A DNA stretch of 62,954 nt from Asterionella formosa (Eukaryota), in contig NKIB01013182.1 of the NCBI GenBank assembly GCA_002256025.1, positions 1 to 62,954 of the forward strand, read 5' to 3'. Below, in pieces: positions 23,975-36,800 of this stretch (position 1 is its first letter; each line of letters begins with the position of its first letter). Below the pieces are notes generated by a model, which saw only the letters and a list, made by a program, of their open reading frames with translations, was not told the DNA's origin and did no database searches. Both the position numbers and the translations under genes were made by a program.

Positions 23975-25137
23975 ATGACGAGCTCCTCACAACTCCTTCG
24001 TGTCACCACCACCCTTTGGCTGATACTAGCCACAGTGCATGCATTTGCTGTAGTGACTCCACCGAATGGATCACAATTAAAGACATCCTCTGAGTTGAAT
24101 GCTGCGAAAAGCGCTTCCTTGACTTTATTCTCGCCCTGCAAAATCAATCTTTTCCTTAGAATTCTTGGAAAGCGTGATGACGGCTACCATGATTTGGCAT
24201 CCTTGTTTCAAGCTGTAGGTTTTGGTGATACATTGGACTTGACCGTCGTTAACGAAGACTCGGATATATTTACTTGCAACATGCCAGGCGTCCCAGTCGA
24301 TGAAACGAATCTTGTCCTTCGAGCATTGGCACTCATGAGACTCAAGACAGGAGTTCGCATGTATTTCAATGCCAATCTTTACAAGGAATGTCCAGCACAA
24401 GCTGGCTTGGGAGGTGGATCAGCTAATGCTGCAACTGCCATGTATGCGGCTAATGAACTAATGGGAAAGCCAGCTACGTTGGAACAGGTGAGTCTTTCGG
24501 TGTGTATTATTGTCTATATCGTTTGTTGTTTATACATGTATATACAACGAACGTACAAGTATTGTGTCATTGACGTACCTTTGATGTTTTCTCATCATTT
24601 ACAAATTCAATTATACAGCTTGTTGATTGGAGTGCAGCATTGGGAAGTGACATTACATTTTTCCTTTCACGGGGCACAGCATATTGCACTGGACGAGGGG
24701 AAATTATGACCCCCATTGACCCACCCCTCCCCGCTGGGACTAAACTTGTGATTTGTAAACCAAATGTGGGACTTTCAACACCAGCTGTCTTTAAATCATT
24801 GGACTATGACTTACTCAGCACTGTGGATCCACAACATTTATTGCATGAATTTACAACAAAGGGCGTGGAGGACGTATCCTCGTCCCTGTATATCAATGAC
24901 TTGGAACCACCTGCCTTTAGTAACCTACCAACTCTCAAGTCTCTCAAGGAGGAATTGTTACAAGTGGAGGGATTTCAACATGTCATGATGTCTGGATCAG
25001 GTACTAGTATCTTTTGCATAGGTGACCCGAAGGATCGGGCAGCATTTGAAACAACATTTGGCAATCGAGATGACCTGCAAGTGTTTTTCTCAGAATTCAT
25101 CAATCGTCCAGAAGGTGTATGGTTTGAACGCCCATGA
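23975..25137 (+). CDS. ispE: 4-diphosphocytidyl-2-C-methyl-D-erythritol kinase (MEP pathway), plastid-targeted, 2 exons
   Basis: SPCKINLFLRI, YHDLASLFQ, PAQAGLGGGSANAA, LGSDITFF, NDLE, MMSGSGTSIF. Intron 24488-24618 (GTGAGT..ACAG). Bipartite presequence with VHA-F. Confidence 0.95.
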
Positions 25138-25239
25138 ACGATACATGAATATTTAGTTGCAAGGTTAACAAACTGTATACGGGGATATCTGTATTTTCCA
25201 AAAATTTATGATACATGTTTGCTATTATACCTTTGCTTA

Positions 25240-27021
25240 TTATGGATATGAATTGTTGGACATACCACTGATACGCTCGTATCCAAAAGCTCGAAAATCA
25301 TCATGATACATCGTTTCAATTAACTGAACCACATCGGGTGATAAATCCTTGACACCCAAATTCTTGATGGTCTTGCGGACGTGGTCCCTTGATATGGGCG
25401 GCAATGTTAGATTCAACTTGTACATGGCCATCAATTCTTGGAAATCCTCTTGCAACCGTTCAAATTTCAGGACATGATGAATCACCTTTCGGCTTCCTTC
25501 ATAGACATAATCATATTGAGGAATGTAATGACCAGCCGAGATAAAATATTCCCTTGAACCTGTAATATTCTTGGATATATCTCCCTTGGTGCCATGACGT
25601 ACAAAACCCAACAATTTCGTTATCCATTGATTAAGGTAAGCTGCCGTCAAATTTATTTTTCCCTTGCTTCTCCTTTTCAACGACATATTGCTGAACGTAA
25701 AAAAACTCTGAAATGAATCGATCGTATGGATTCCTCACAACACAAAATAATTTGGCATTTTGGTAGGGATTGTTAGGAAAGATGGACAATTCAAAGTATT
25801 GAGGTGGCAAGTGCCAATGAGGACACGTATGAATGGTTTGACCATACAATAGTGTCCATGGGGCCAAACCAGGACACAAGGTATTATTTTCAGATATTTC
25901 AGCAGCAGTCCTTGGTGGTGTAAAATGACAAATGGACCATCGAATGCCAGCCTTGGCGGCAATGGATTCAATAATGGTACCTCCAGTTTTTGGAATATGA
26001 ACAAACTCGAGTCGGGGAGGATGCGTCTCAGTGAGCGATGGAGGTGTGTCTTTTCTGATTTGACTTTGTATCGGATAGTCCAAGGCGGTAAAGTCTTTTG
26101 CATAAAGTTCTTCGATCCTACGGATGGTCGTAATATCTAGGTCCTTCGCAGTGAACAAGTCCTTACCCCAAAACAACTCATGGTCTGGCAGTGTGGCAGT
26201 GTAATCGGTTGCAACCCATACTTTTTCATAAGTTTGGGAAACGTGTCTCGCAATGTTTCCATTTTGAGTGTATAATTGACAACCTTCTTTTCTCCACCAT
26301 TTTCAAAAACGTAGTTGACTTGAGGTACAAGCCACCCTCCACTACCCGCAGAGCATGATGATACGATTTCTTGTTTTGCTTTCAATTCCATTTGTAAAAA
26401 ATGATTCATGTGTTCTTTTGTCAGGTCCTCATATGATATATCGCGCAACAAGCGTCGTCCAGCAAGCAGATAGAATTGAATCATGCGAGCATATGGATTT
26501 GAAATCAAAACAAAGGTATCTGCATTGTGATATGGATTTTTGCTAGAATTGTTTTTGTGAAAATGATGAATGTGCCATTGCCAAATAGGACAAGAAGGTT
26601 GGGTTGGTGGTGGTGCATATTGTCGCGCATCTATTTTGTCTAATGGTGGGCATTTGAACTGAATGTTTGTCATGTTGTACTCCAACGTTGGTCGAACAAA
26701 CTTGCAGATACCCCAAGGAATTCCTATTCTACTCGCTGAGGCTTCCATGAATGTTCCTCGTGAAGCACTTGGAATATGAACAAATTCAAGGCGACGATGA
26801 TGATTGGTGATGGTTCTTCTTTGAGATGAATTAATAATAGCATTCCCTTTCTGTGATTGTAAAGGAGGAGGATTTGAATCTGTTTTGGTGGGGTTGCTTT
26901 TGTCGATGAGGAACGACATTTGTAGCGAAAGGAAAGTTCCAAAGAAAGAAATAAGCGACATTACTGAGGCGACAAAAATGACAAGCTTGCTAGACATTCG
27001 CTGTTTCGAAAGGCATCCCAT
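25240..27021 (-). pseudogene. Tandem two-domain Golgi sulfotransferase (Sulfotransfer_2-like), broken by two frameshifts
   Basis: N-terminal TM anchor. Domain 1: LEFVHIPSA, ISNPYARMI, PQVNYV, YAKDF. Domain 2: LEFVHIPKTGGT, VVRNPYDRFISEF, HYIPQYDYV, YHDDFRAFGY. Split over three ORFs by an 8-bp duplication at 26187-26202 and a +1 shift at ~25655. Confidence 0.75.
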
Positions 27022-27393
27022 GCTGATATATGATACTTGTGCGGCGATCAACAAATACTCCAAGTTGTAATAGTTACAGTCACTGTTTTGCTGATTATGA
27101 GATGGTGTGGGACAACTAATACTTATAGCAGGAGACCTCACTTTACTCCTTACTTAAAATAGGAAGAGGAAGGTTTGTTCGTTCGTCTGTTCAGGTGTGG
27201 ATTTTCCATTTATGATCACATACAATGCCGTGATTTGTGGTTCTGCCCTTGCAAAGATTTGATGAGAAGATGTGGAAGCAAAATGTACGGCTCTATTTTG
27301 CTCTAATTTTATGACGGACAACAGAGGAGGATGAGGATTTTTCACGGTCGAATTAGAAAAATATACTCCGAGTAAATGGTACCCCTGCGGTAT

Positions 27394-27428
27394 GGTACCA
27401 GGTACCAGGTACCAGGTACCAGGTACAA
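27394..27428. repeat. (GGTACCA)n heptamer microsatellite, longest of many intergenic copies
   Basis: Four perfect GGTACCA plus one variant. Similar runs at 4608-4628, ~4188-4200, ~7292-7321, ~13837-13866, ~53230-53258 and ~62682-62716. Confidence 0.85.
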
Positions 27429-27746
27429 GGGCACCGGGTATAAGACTTAATTTGATCAACGAATATCGCGCTTTTTTTTTTATGCATCCAGTTCATTCTC
27501 TGTGCTGATAAAAAAATCTAGTGATGTAATGCTGCTTGCTGTACACATATTTTATCATGATAGATACAAACATTACATTGTTTTATCTATGATTTGGCGA
27601 TGGCCAGCTATAGGGGGTTGCTAGTAACTGCCATTTTTCAACTGACACAGCTACTGATGTGGTCACATTTCATTTCCATTGTCAAAACCTGACTGATATT
27701 ACTAATGTATTCTACAGTATTTCTAACCAAACTCATGAATGAGGGG

Positions 27747-28832
27747 TCATGAGATGACCAGTAGACCAATACATTGCAAAAGACAAAATGCCAATTCCAG
27801 TCGTGCTGAAGCTCCAACAAATGGATTAAGACTTGCACCTTCCAAGGTCCATATAGCCTTTAGACATGGGATGGACATTGGGATAGTCAGGAGTGGCAAG
27901 AGACTTGTCCACTGTGAAGTAATAGTTGCAGTTGCAGTAATTGTCCATAGGACCACTCCATAACTTGATAAAAGCAAGAGTGTATATTCCATTTGACAAA
28001 ATCTAGGACCAAATCGTACTGCCAAAGTCTTTTTATGAGCCAAAACATCAGTATGACGATCGCGCAAGTTGTTGACAACTAATATATTGGTAGATAGAAA
28101 TCCCATGGGCAAGGCTTGGATCAGTGCAGGAAACAATGTTGTTCTCAAGAGCTGGAATGCATGAACAAAGTCTCCACTACCAGCACTGCTGCTGTTGCTG
28201 CTGTAGTCATTCCGTATGGCCAAATAAGGAAGTACCATTGTAGCAACTATCCCAAAGTATATAAAGCACATAATATCTCCCATTCCTGAATAGGCGATGG
28301 AAACATGTTCCAATCCAATATACCCCAATGGAAACGGTCCACCAGTGTAGGCCACTGCATTGAAACAACTGGTAAGGAGGACTCCTTTCATGACGTAATC
28401 GTCATTTCCCAACAGGGGCAATCCTACAGCCAGTGCCAGCACGAGACACACAGTGGCTCCAGTGGCTGTTTGATTGGCAGTCAACCACCCCTTTTGTGTG
28501 GCACGGGGTTGTCCAACTCTAGCCCCAGTGTCGGCGCCTTTCACAAAGTCAGCATAGTCATTATGGAGGTTGGTAGCCAATTGAATGAATACACAAAAGG
28601 CAATCCATGAACAGGTAGTAGTGGTAGTGGCACTGGTAGTTGAGTATGAGGGAGGCGTGGCAGTGGTTTGGAGTGTCGAGGGATGTAAGAGATTGCGAGC
28701 GAGGCAGTGCCCCAAGAGACAAGGTGCAATGGAGGCAGTCAGAGTATGTGGTCGACATGCCAAGATCCAGACCTTGTAGAATGGTGGCTTGGGCTCCTTG
28801 TTTGTCGTTGTTGTCATTGTTGTTGCTGCCAT
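27747..28832 (-). CDS. menA: 1,4-dihydroxy-2-naphthoate prenyltransferase (UbiA family)
   Basis: WILACRPHTLTAS, NLHNDYADFVKGADT, YTGGPFPLGY.G.GD and NNLRDRHTDVLAHKKTLAVRFG; multiple TM helices. Confidence 0.9.
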   Translation of the reverse strand: MAATTMTTTTNKEPKPPFYKVWILACRPHTLTASIAPCLLGHCLARNLLHPSTLQTTATPPSYSTTSATTTTTCSWIAFCVFIQLATNLHNDYADFVKGADTGARVGQPRATQKGWLTANQTATGATVCLVLALAVGLPLLGNDDYVMKGVLLTSCFNAVAYTGGPFPLGYIGLEHVSIAYSGMGDIMCFIYFGIVATMVLPYLAIRNDYSSNSSSAGSGDFVHAFQLLRTTLFPALIQALPMGFLSTNILVVNNLRDRHTDVLAHKKTLAVRFGPRFCQMEYTLLLLSSYGVVLWTITATATITSQWTSLLPLLTIPMSIPCLKAIWTLEGASLNPFVGASARLELAFCLLQCIGLLVIS

Positions 28833-29328
28833 GATGAATTTCTGTAGTAAATGTTGGAGAGCATTGATGATGTGCTATGTGCTGTGTTGATCAATTCATT
28901 AATACGGCATGTATGACTTTCTAATGACAAGTTTTCGTACCAAGTACCGGTATGTAGCTGTTCTTTACTACGGTACCTGGTACGTACAGCTTCGTCACCC
29001 ATGATATCTTGTGTTTGTTGTTCCAGGTGGAATCCTCTCGTAAGTTTGCCTTTCTTGCATGTCAATACACACACAATGTTGCATACGTAGATACCGTTTG
29101 CGACCGATGACACATAGTAGCCATGAAGTACCGGGTATGTACCGGCATGGACAGGGACAAGCCACAAAAACCTCATCCTCATCAGCCACTCCACATTTAG
29201 CCATCACCATCAACCTCGTCAGTTTGTTCTCTATTACACTATTACATAGTTCCTTATCATTTGATTGTGTAATTTTGTGCTTTGTCCTTGTGTATAATTT
29301 CCGGTATTTAGATTGATGCAACGACAAG

Positions 29329-29458
29329 ATGCAACGACTTCCGGTGCTACTGCTATCATTATTCATTAGTACTAGTACTACTACAACCTCTATCCTTGTC
29401 AATGGATTACTACGTGCTAGTCCTCCACTAATCCGTCGAGGAATACCATTGGCAATAC

Positions 29459-29489
<31 letters not shown>

Positions 29490-32400
29490 GTCATCACGAC
29501 AAGGACCATCACGAAATCGTGACTTGATTGTAGTCAACAAGGCAAAAGAGGATGCTTCCTTTATGGAATCAGAAACAACCGCTTGTTCGTCTTTCGACAG
29601 TAGTAGTAACAACAATACTGCTACTATTATTGCACCCTTACCAACAACACGAGCTGTGGTCACGACGAAAAAGAAGAAGCAACAACAACAACAAGCTCCA
29701 TGGAGTTATGCTTGGCTAAAAGGGTCTCGGAAACGAAAAGTACAAGATTTGACTTGGGATCTTTCCCAAACTCATTTTCTATCGAATACTACTAACATGG
29801 ACGATTGGTGGAATACTGGGCTTGACATTTTAATCCAATGGGCTAAATTAGGTCAAGGTGACGAATGTCAAGAATTTTGTCGACAGCTACTAGCGGATCG
29901 AGGAACACGAACAAGCGCCAATTCTACTGCTGCTGCTGACTTTTGCAAAGCAAATCGAATTGTATTGCATGCGTATATTAATCAATATTTTAACATCACA
30001 TGGGATCATTCTACACGTAAACCAATGGTCCTTTCGACATTGGAATCGGAGCAAGTCAAAGCTGCAGCCAGTGCCATTATCAAGGCGGATGAAATATTGC
30101 AACGAATGGAACAACAAAATCGAATTCATGCCGTCATGCTGTTGAAAAAGGTTGAAATAATGAAGGACGATGATACCATGATGTTGAAACCTACAAATGC
30201 AAACCAAAGGGTAGCTCCATTGATGAGTGCTGAGGACTATACAGACTTAATTTTGGCATATGCACGATTGGGACAAGTCGTGCCTGCATTAATTGGGTTA
30301 CGAAGAATTGAAAGTTTGTACAAATCCAGTCAAAACAACCCACGGTTAAAGCCGAGTGTAAGTGTCTATTCACCATTGGTTAAGGCATTGATTGCTTCAT
30401 CGCCTAAAGTCTTGTATGAAAGATTGGGGGTCAAGTATGCAGCATATGAAATGGCTGTCATGGTGGGAAAGGATGGAGTAGAAGCATTTCGTCGAGACAA
30501 GAAGAAACCACCTGTACATTTGTACAATCACATGCTCAATGCCTATAGTCGTGTCATACCACCACCATCCTCAACCCTCACAACGGACAACAAAAGCAAC
30601 AACAACCACCCATCCCTCAAACACACCATTTTTGTGGATGAATCTATTCGACAAAAACAAGATCAAGTAGCATCAGGTGCAGATGATGTTTTGAATCAAA
30701 TGTTACAAGATGAAGTTGAACCAAATGCGAAAACGTTTACAGCATTGATATATACATTTACAAAATCAAATTGGTTGCCAGAGGCTCACGCTATGATGGA
30801 AGGATTGATGGACCATTTATTCAATGCTTCGGCTTCTGGAGTGGACAAGTTGGAAATGGTGGATATCAGATGTGTGAGGCTATTGGCCAATGCCTTGGCC
30901 AAGGAAGGGGCTGCCGACCAAGTTCAACAAATTATTTTTTATTTGTGGGCGTTGCATGAAAAAGGATATTATGATGTGGAACCCGATATCTTTTTATATA
31001 CTACCGCCTTGACGGCATGGTCGCATGTGGACAATTCCGTGGATCATGCCATGGCCTTGATGGATGATTTGAAACAACGGGGATTGGTTCCTGATGTTTT
31101 CACCTATAATGCATTATTGAATGTTATCGCCAAACAAACGGACTACCCGGACGCTGCCGAAAAGGCTGGAGCGCTTGTCGTGGAGATGCAAAAGGCAAAA
31201 TTGAGCCCTGATATTGTCACTTACAATACGCTCATGGCAGCTTGTTTAAAAATTACTGGGGGCCAAGAAAAGGCAGATCAAACATTGCAATGGATGATCC
31301 AGATTGGTAAACCCAAGCCAGATGCTCGGTCCTATATGGACCTCATACGAGCATACCTTCCCACAGACATGGTCAAGGCGGAACGTTGGCTGGATCGAAT
31401 GGAAGAACGATTTACGCCCCCACGTAAACTGTACGAGTCGCTTATTTTGCAATGGTGTCAAGTACCGAATCAAGCGGGACGAGCTCAAGCATTGTTGGAA
31501 CGGATGGAAGAATTATACAAGGCACAACCGGTTCTTATCCAAGGTCAAGAAACATTAAAACCGAAACGATCACTATACAATGCAGTGATACGGGCATGTC
31601 AAAATCAGGAAAAGGATGAATTGGCGGGTATAGTCAGGCTAGCACGGAACGGTCTATATTCAGATTCAACTGTCGAATCGGTGAAGTATACGAGTAATGG
31701 ACAAGTTTTTGCACTTCTGGAAAAGTTGGACCAAGATGTGGGATCGATTGACAATCCGGCTGGTACAACGGTGAACTTCAACGTTATGCTGGAGTATTTG
31801 GCAAAATGCGGTGAGGTTTGGGCTGGTCAACGAGCTGAAGATGTGTTGAATTACATGTTGGAGTTGCACCTGAAAAGAGGCAATAATGCGGCCCGTCCGA
31901 ACATTGTCACATTCAACAAAGTCATGGCGGCGTGGGCCAAGAGTTCTCATCCAGACGCCGGCGACAAAGCCGTCGCTACATTGAGCAAGCTGAACGAACT
32001 GCACAAAATGGGCTTACTCGAAGATGTGCAAGCTGATCGTGTAACGTACAATACAATCATGAATGCATATGCAAAGTCAGAGGCATCGGATTCAGCGGGA
32101 ATGGCCGAAAATTTCTTCAACGAGTTACAAGGAAGATACGATGCAACTGGTGATGAAAAACTCCAACCGGATATCATCAGCTTTACAACTCTATTGAATG
32201 CATATGCAACCAGTAGGGCGCCAGGGTCGGCGAAGCGTGCTGAAGATATCCTACTCCAAATGAATAAATCTTATCAGGCCGATCATTCAAAAGTGAAGCC
32301 AAATACTTTGTGTTTTAATGAAGTTTTGTTTGCCTGGGCTAATTCACGAGATCCAGATTCTTTGGAACGGGCTGAAATGGTGCTTCGACTGATGGAAGAC

Positions 32401-33543
32401 ATGTACGATGCCGGCAACGATGACGTAAGACCAAGCACCCGATCTTTTAATATTGTCCTCCTTGCTGCTGCAAGCGGTGCTAAGCAAGATGCTTCGATTC
32501 GAGCTCAACTCTTTTTTGACCGCATGAAAGAATCAGATTACATTGTTCCCGACGCTATCAGTTATAATACATTAATCGAGGCATATGCGAAGAATGGAGG
32601 TGACGACACTCTTGATTCAATTTCCAATCTTGTCGAAGAAGCTTACAATGCCGAGGGAGTTTTACTGAATTCAATTTTTTTCAGTGGTGTAATATCGTCA
32701 TTGTCACGTTTCGGGTTGCGTGGTGCCGTGGCGGCTGCCGAGAAAATTGTCCAGGAGATCAAAAGTAAACATGATGATGGCAAACTCAGTATGACCGTAG
32801 ATACGAACATCTATAATGCATTGATCAACAGCTGGGCCAAGAGCGCTGAAATTGATGCTCCCATACGCGCGGAAGAAATTTTGACTTTAATGGAAAGCGA
32901 AGCTACCAATGGTAACAATATGTTGAAACCGAATGTTCAAACGTATACTTCCGTTGCCGATTGCTGGGCGAAGAGCAAGGACCCTAATGCTGCATATCGT
33001 GCTGAGGCCTTACTTGATAGAATGGTACGATATGTCCGACCTAGCGTTAGAACCTACACTACCGTTATTCAAGCCTTTGCCCGAAGCCAGCTCCCTGACA
33101 AGGCAGTCCGAGCTCAAGCAATTTTGACACGAATGAAGGAAGATTTTCGAACAAACCCAGCAGCTCAACCTACCATTGTGGCATACAACGCACTTATGAA
33201 TGCGTGCGAGTTCACTTTTGGGGATGCCAATGATATTGAAGAAGCGTTCAAGGTAGCGTGTCTAGCATTTGACGAAATGCGCTCAGCTCCAGACCTCAAA
33301 CTGGACTATATTACGTACGGTTCATTCCTTGGTGTCATCAACGAGCTTGTGCCGAAGAGCGAAATGCGGAATGAAATGGTTCGCTTGGTGTTCAACCGAT
33401 GCTGCACTGATGGGCAGCTCGGATCGTTGACTTTGAAGAAATTCAAAGACACAGCTGGTCCTTCACTTTATCGTGAGTGCCTCACTGGTATTCGGGAAAA
33501 CGACCTCCCTGCATCCTGGAGTTGCAATGTTAATGAGAAATAG
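29329..33543 (+). CDS. Pentatricopeptide-repeat (PPR) protein, probably organelle (plastid)-targeted
   Basis: Many 35-aa-type repeats (PDVFTYNALLNVIAK, PDIVTYNTLMAAC, PNIVTFNKVMAAWAKS, PDIISFTTLLNAYA, PNVQTYTSVADCWAKS); hydrophobic N-terminus followed by a Ser/Arg-rich transit-like region. Confidence 0.93.
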
Positions 33544-33810
33544 ACTATATATATTAATATATGTATAAAGGCATAGTCATTACATAATGGCTATAGCTAC
33601 CTCGTGCACTCTGGAGGACTCGGATACAGATGCTTCGACATTACTGTACTTGCTCATCACACAAGCCTTGGATTCCGATTTTATAATCAATCAATTCGCC
33701 ATCGGTACAAGCCGTATTTTTAATCAACTTAAAAATGTATGCCTACGGAGCGCGATAATCCATAAACTACTCTGCGAAGTAAAAGTCCATGTCAATCGTA
33801 AAGAGCTATT

Positions 33811-36800
33811 CTATTTAGTGTTTCCATCTTTCTCCAAACGAGTTTGCATTCGATCTTTGTGCCGTTGTAGAGCCTGCTGAGATCGATGCTGAAGGGAAGT
33901 AGTTGCAGTTGACTGCGATCCCCCTCGTTCATATCGTTGCTTCATTTTCTCAACTAACAAGTGTTCCTTCCCCTTGAACTTCTCCATGATAATATCGATC
34001 CGATCCACCTTGGAAATGTCGTACTTTTCCAACAGACTCAATACTTCCTCCCTAACTGAATCAATATCCGCAGTTGGCGACGATAGTGGCGAGATACTTG
34101 GTGGTGATTTAGGCGATGTAGTTGCTGATCGACCACTTCTTGACCCGATTACTTGAGCCTTACGAGCTCGGAGATTGGCAGCCGATGAGGCGTCCTTCGC
34201 CAATCTAACATCTTTCGAGGCTTGAGAAAGAGCAGACTCCTTTGCCTCCAACTTCTTTGCTAGACTATCTCGTTCTCGTGTTACCTCGGAGATGTCGGTC
34301 TGCTTTTTGATCAACTCCAACTTTAGCTTCTCAACTTCTTCAATGGTTTTCTCTCGCATAGTCTTCTCCTGCTGCCATCGTGCAGCCATCTCGTTGTTGT
34401 TCTTTCGGAGTACCTCCAACGTTCGAGATTCGGATTGTGCCTTTGTACGCTGAGTCGAGATTGTTTGCAAGCGTTCTTGAATACGTAAGTTATCTTTTTT
34501 CAGAACGTTAAGTTGTGATTCTGACTTTTCCTTGGATTTGGCCAGTTGTTTCATTTCTGTTGTCAACGCTTTGACGGTCTCTTCAAGATTTTTGGATGTG
34601 ACATTGCGTTGAGCTGTACCAATCTGGATACGTCGTACGCGAGTAGCGAACTGAAGGGCATGGACGGATTCATCGAATGCATTGTCGATTGGGCAGACTG
34701 TAACTACCATCATGGTTCTAGAGTTACCTCCCAAGGAGTCTTGGAGGAGGTAGGTTAGCTTGGAATCACGATATGGCACATGTGAAGCCTTGCGGTCCAG
34801 GGCTTCCATAACATTACCCAGTGCCGACAAACTCTTATTAATAAAACCAGCTTCCTTGAGCTGATCACCATCAACTTTGCTCTTACGGACACGTTCGGAA
34901 CCCGCCAAATCTACCAAGTAAAGTGTGCCCTTGTTGCCAGGCTGGCCATCCAGACCAGACGAAACTTCAACAGCCAGGACCATATGCGAACGACTTGAGC
35001 GCTCGTTTAGGTTTGTTGTCGCGGTAGCCCGATGCGAGTTTCCCTTCTTTAAGAGAATCATAACATCATTGATACTATTCACTGGCTCCTTTGTCAATTC
35101 TGGTACTTCTACAGCACCATCAGCATTACGGCGAATATCTAACCTTGGCATGCCACCTCCGACCTTGTGCTTTTCAGCATTTGTGGGTGATTTGCCCGTG
35201 TTGATTGGAGAGAGCAAGTCGTAGCATTCATCATTGTAAATTTCCAACATTCCCAATTCAAGTTTAAAATTGAACTCAGCAGCCTTTTCTTCCTGGTTCA
35301 AAACTGATGCCGCCCGTTGTTGTTGCGACCGAAGATTCAAAAGGTGGAAAATTTTTTGAATGGTTCTATACGAAATACCATAGTCGTTGTCTTTCTCTGA
35401 CCCCTCCATGGTAAAAGTCTTTCCTGAACCAGTTTGTCCGTACGCAAAAATGCAGGCGTTGAAGCCGTCCACTACACTCAAGGCCAGTGGTTCCACATCT
35501 TGGAAAATCGCTTGTTGTGACTGATCGGGACCCCACACCTTATCAAAGCTGAAGGACTTCCACTTATTAATTCTTCCATCAAAGCACCCTAATTCAGTCT
35601 CGCTCAAGGCTTCGACGACATTCTTGTGGCCTGCATGAACTTCTGAGATACGCATGGGTCGAACACGGGCACAAACTTGAATGCTACCTTGGAGTGAAAG
35701 GATTTTCGACAGCAATTGTGCATTGTATTCGCGCTGCTGGGCCGATTTGCGTTCGAGTGCCTTGTATTCTTCTGAAATTTTCTTCATATCTCCAGTCATC
35801 AAAACCTCCTCCGCTGATAGCATGAGATTGCCAGTCATCGCATCGTCCACTTTGCCGTTTCTTGGCATCGCCAGGGCGCTAATTCTTGACATCTGCGTTA
35901 CAACTCCGGCAGCACCACCACTAGAATCAAATAATTGTGTCTGAAGGACCTTCAAGTCATCCTCGAGTCGTTTCACCTTCTTGTGTTCCATGATATGTTG
36001 AGTTATCAACTCTTCTAATTTCTTCTCCAATAATACCTTCGTCTTTTCTGCCTCGTCTGCTTGCACCTGGATTCGTTGACGAGTCGTAGGCGACGAGGAA
36101 CGAGTTCTTCGTCGTCCAGTTCGAATGCGTCTCGACAGAGCGTGGGATTGACCAAAATCTGAGAGAGGCCCAAGATCGTCACATGATTCGTCAAAGGAAT
36201 CCTCAGGTTTGGTGGCAGCCATTGGTGGCATATTCCTTCGCTTCGGTTCCTTACCAGGTGGGGGCGGTGGTGGAACAGCTGCGGCAGCAGCTGCTCGGGC
36301 TTTTTCTCGCTTGCTGACAATCAAGTGTGCTTCGGCTTCGGCCAGCTTGCCTTTGGTGGCAGACAGGTCCTTTTCAAGTCTCGAAACATCTCTTTCTGCT
36401 TGAACAATTCTCGTTTCTAATTCATTTTTCAAGTCAGTTAAATCCTGTTCTCGCTTGACCAAGTCATCTTTCGCGCGCATCAATTGATCTTGCAACTTCT
36501 TGACAGTTTCACTTTCCATATTCTGCACCTTGGCGAGCCTCAATTGTTCTTTCAACTCCTTGACAATCTCGCTTTCAGCACTGTCCTTAGCTGGAACTTT
36601 GGCCACTACAGCAACTGCATCCTTTGCTTGAGCCAGTTTGACTTCAGCATCGTCCAATTGTTGTTGCAACTTGAAATTATCTTGTTCTATATCCTTGATA
36701 CGTGTCTTCAGAAGAATGATCTCGCCTGTCTGGGCTCCCGCCAAGAGAGCCGATGCTTCTTCCTTTGCGGCTTGACGTCCAGCTTGTTCTGCTTCCTTAA

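Noticed and set aside
16028..28832. Bacterial contamination or recent HGT cluster (RSH, ispE, menA)
   Set aside because: RSH and ispE have spliceosomal introns and plastid presequences and are interleaved with PP1; these are normal nuclear genes of algae.
28814..29663. Minus-strand ORFs 28995-29663 and 28814-29194
   Set aside because: They are antisense to the low-complexity PPR N-terminus or lie in the divergent promoter region, with no recognisable motifs.
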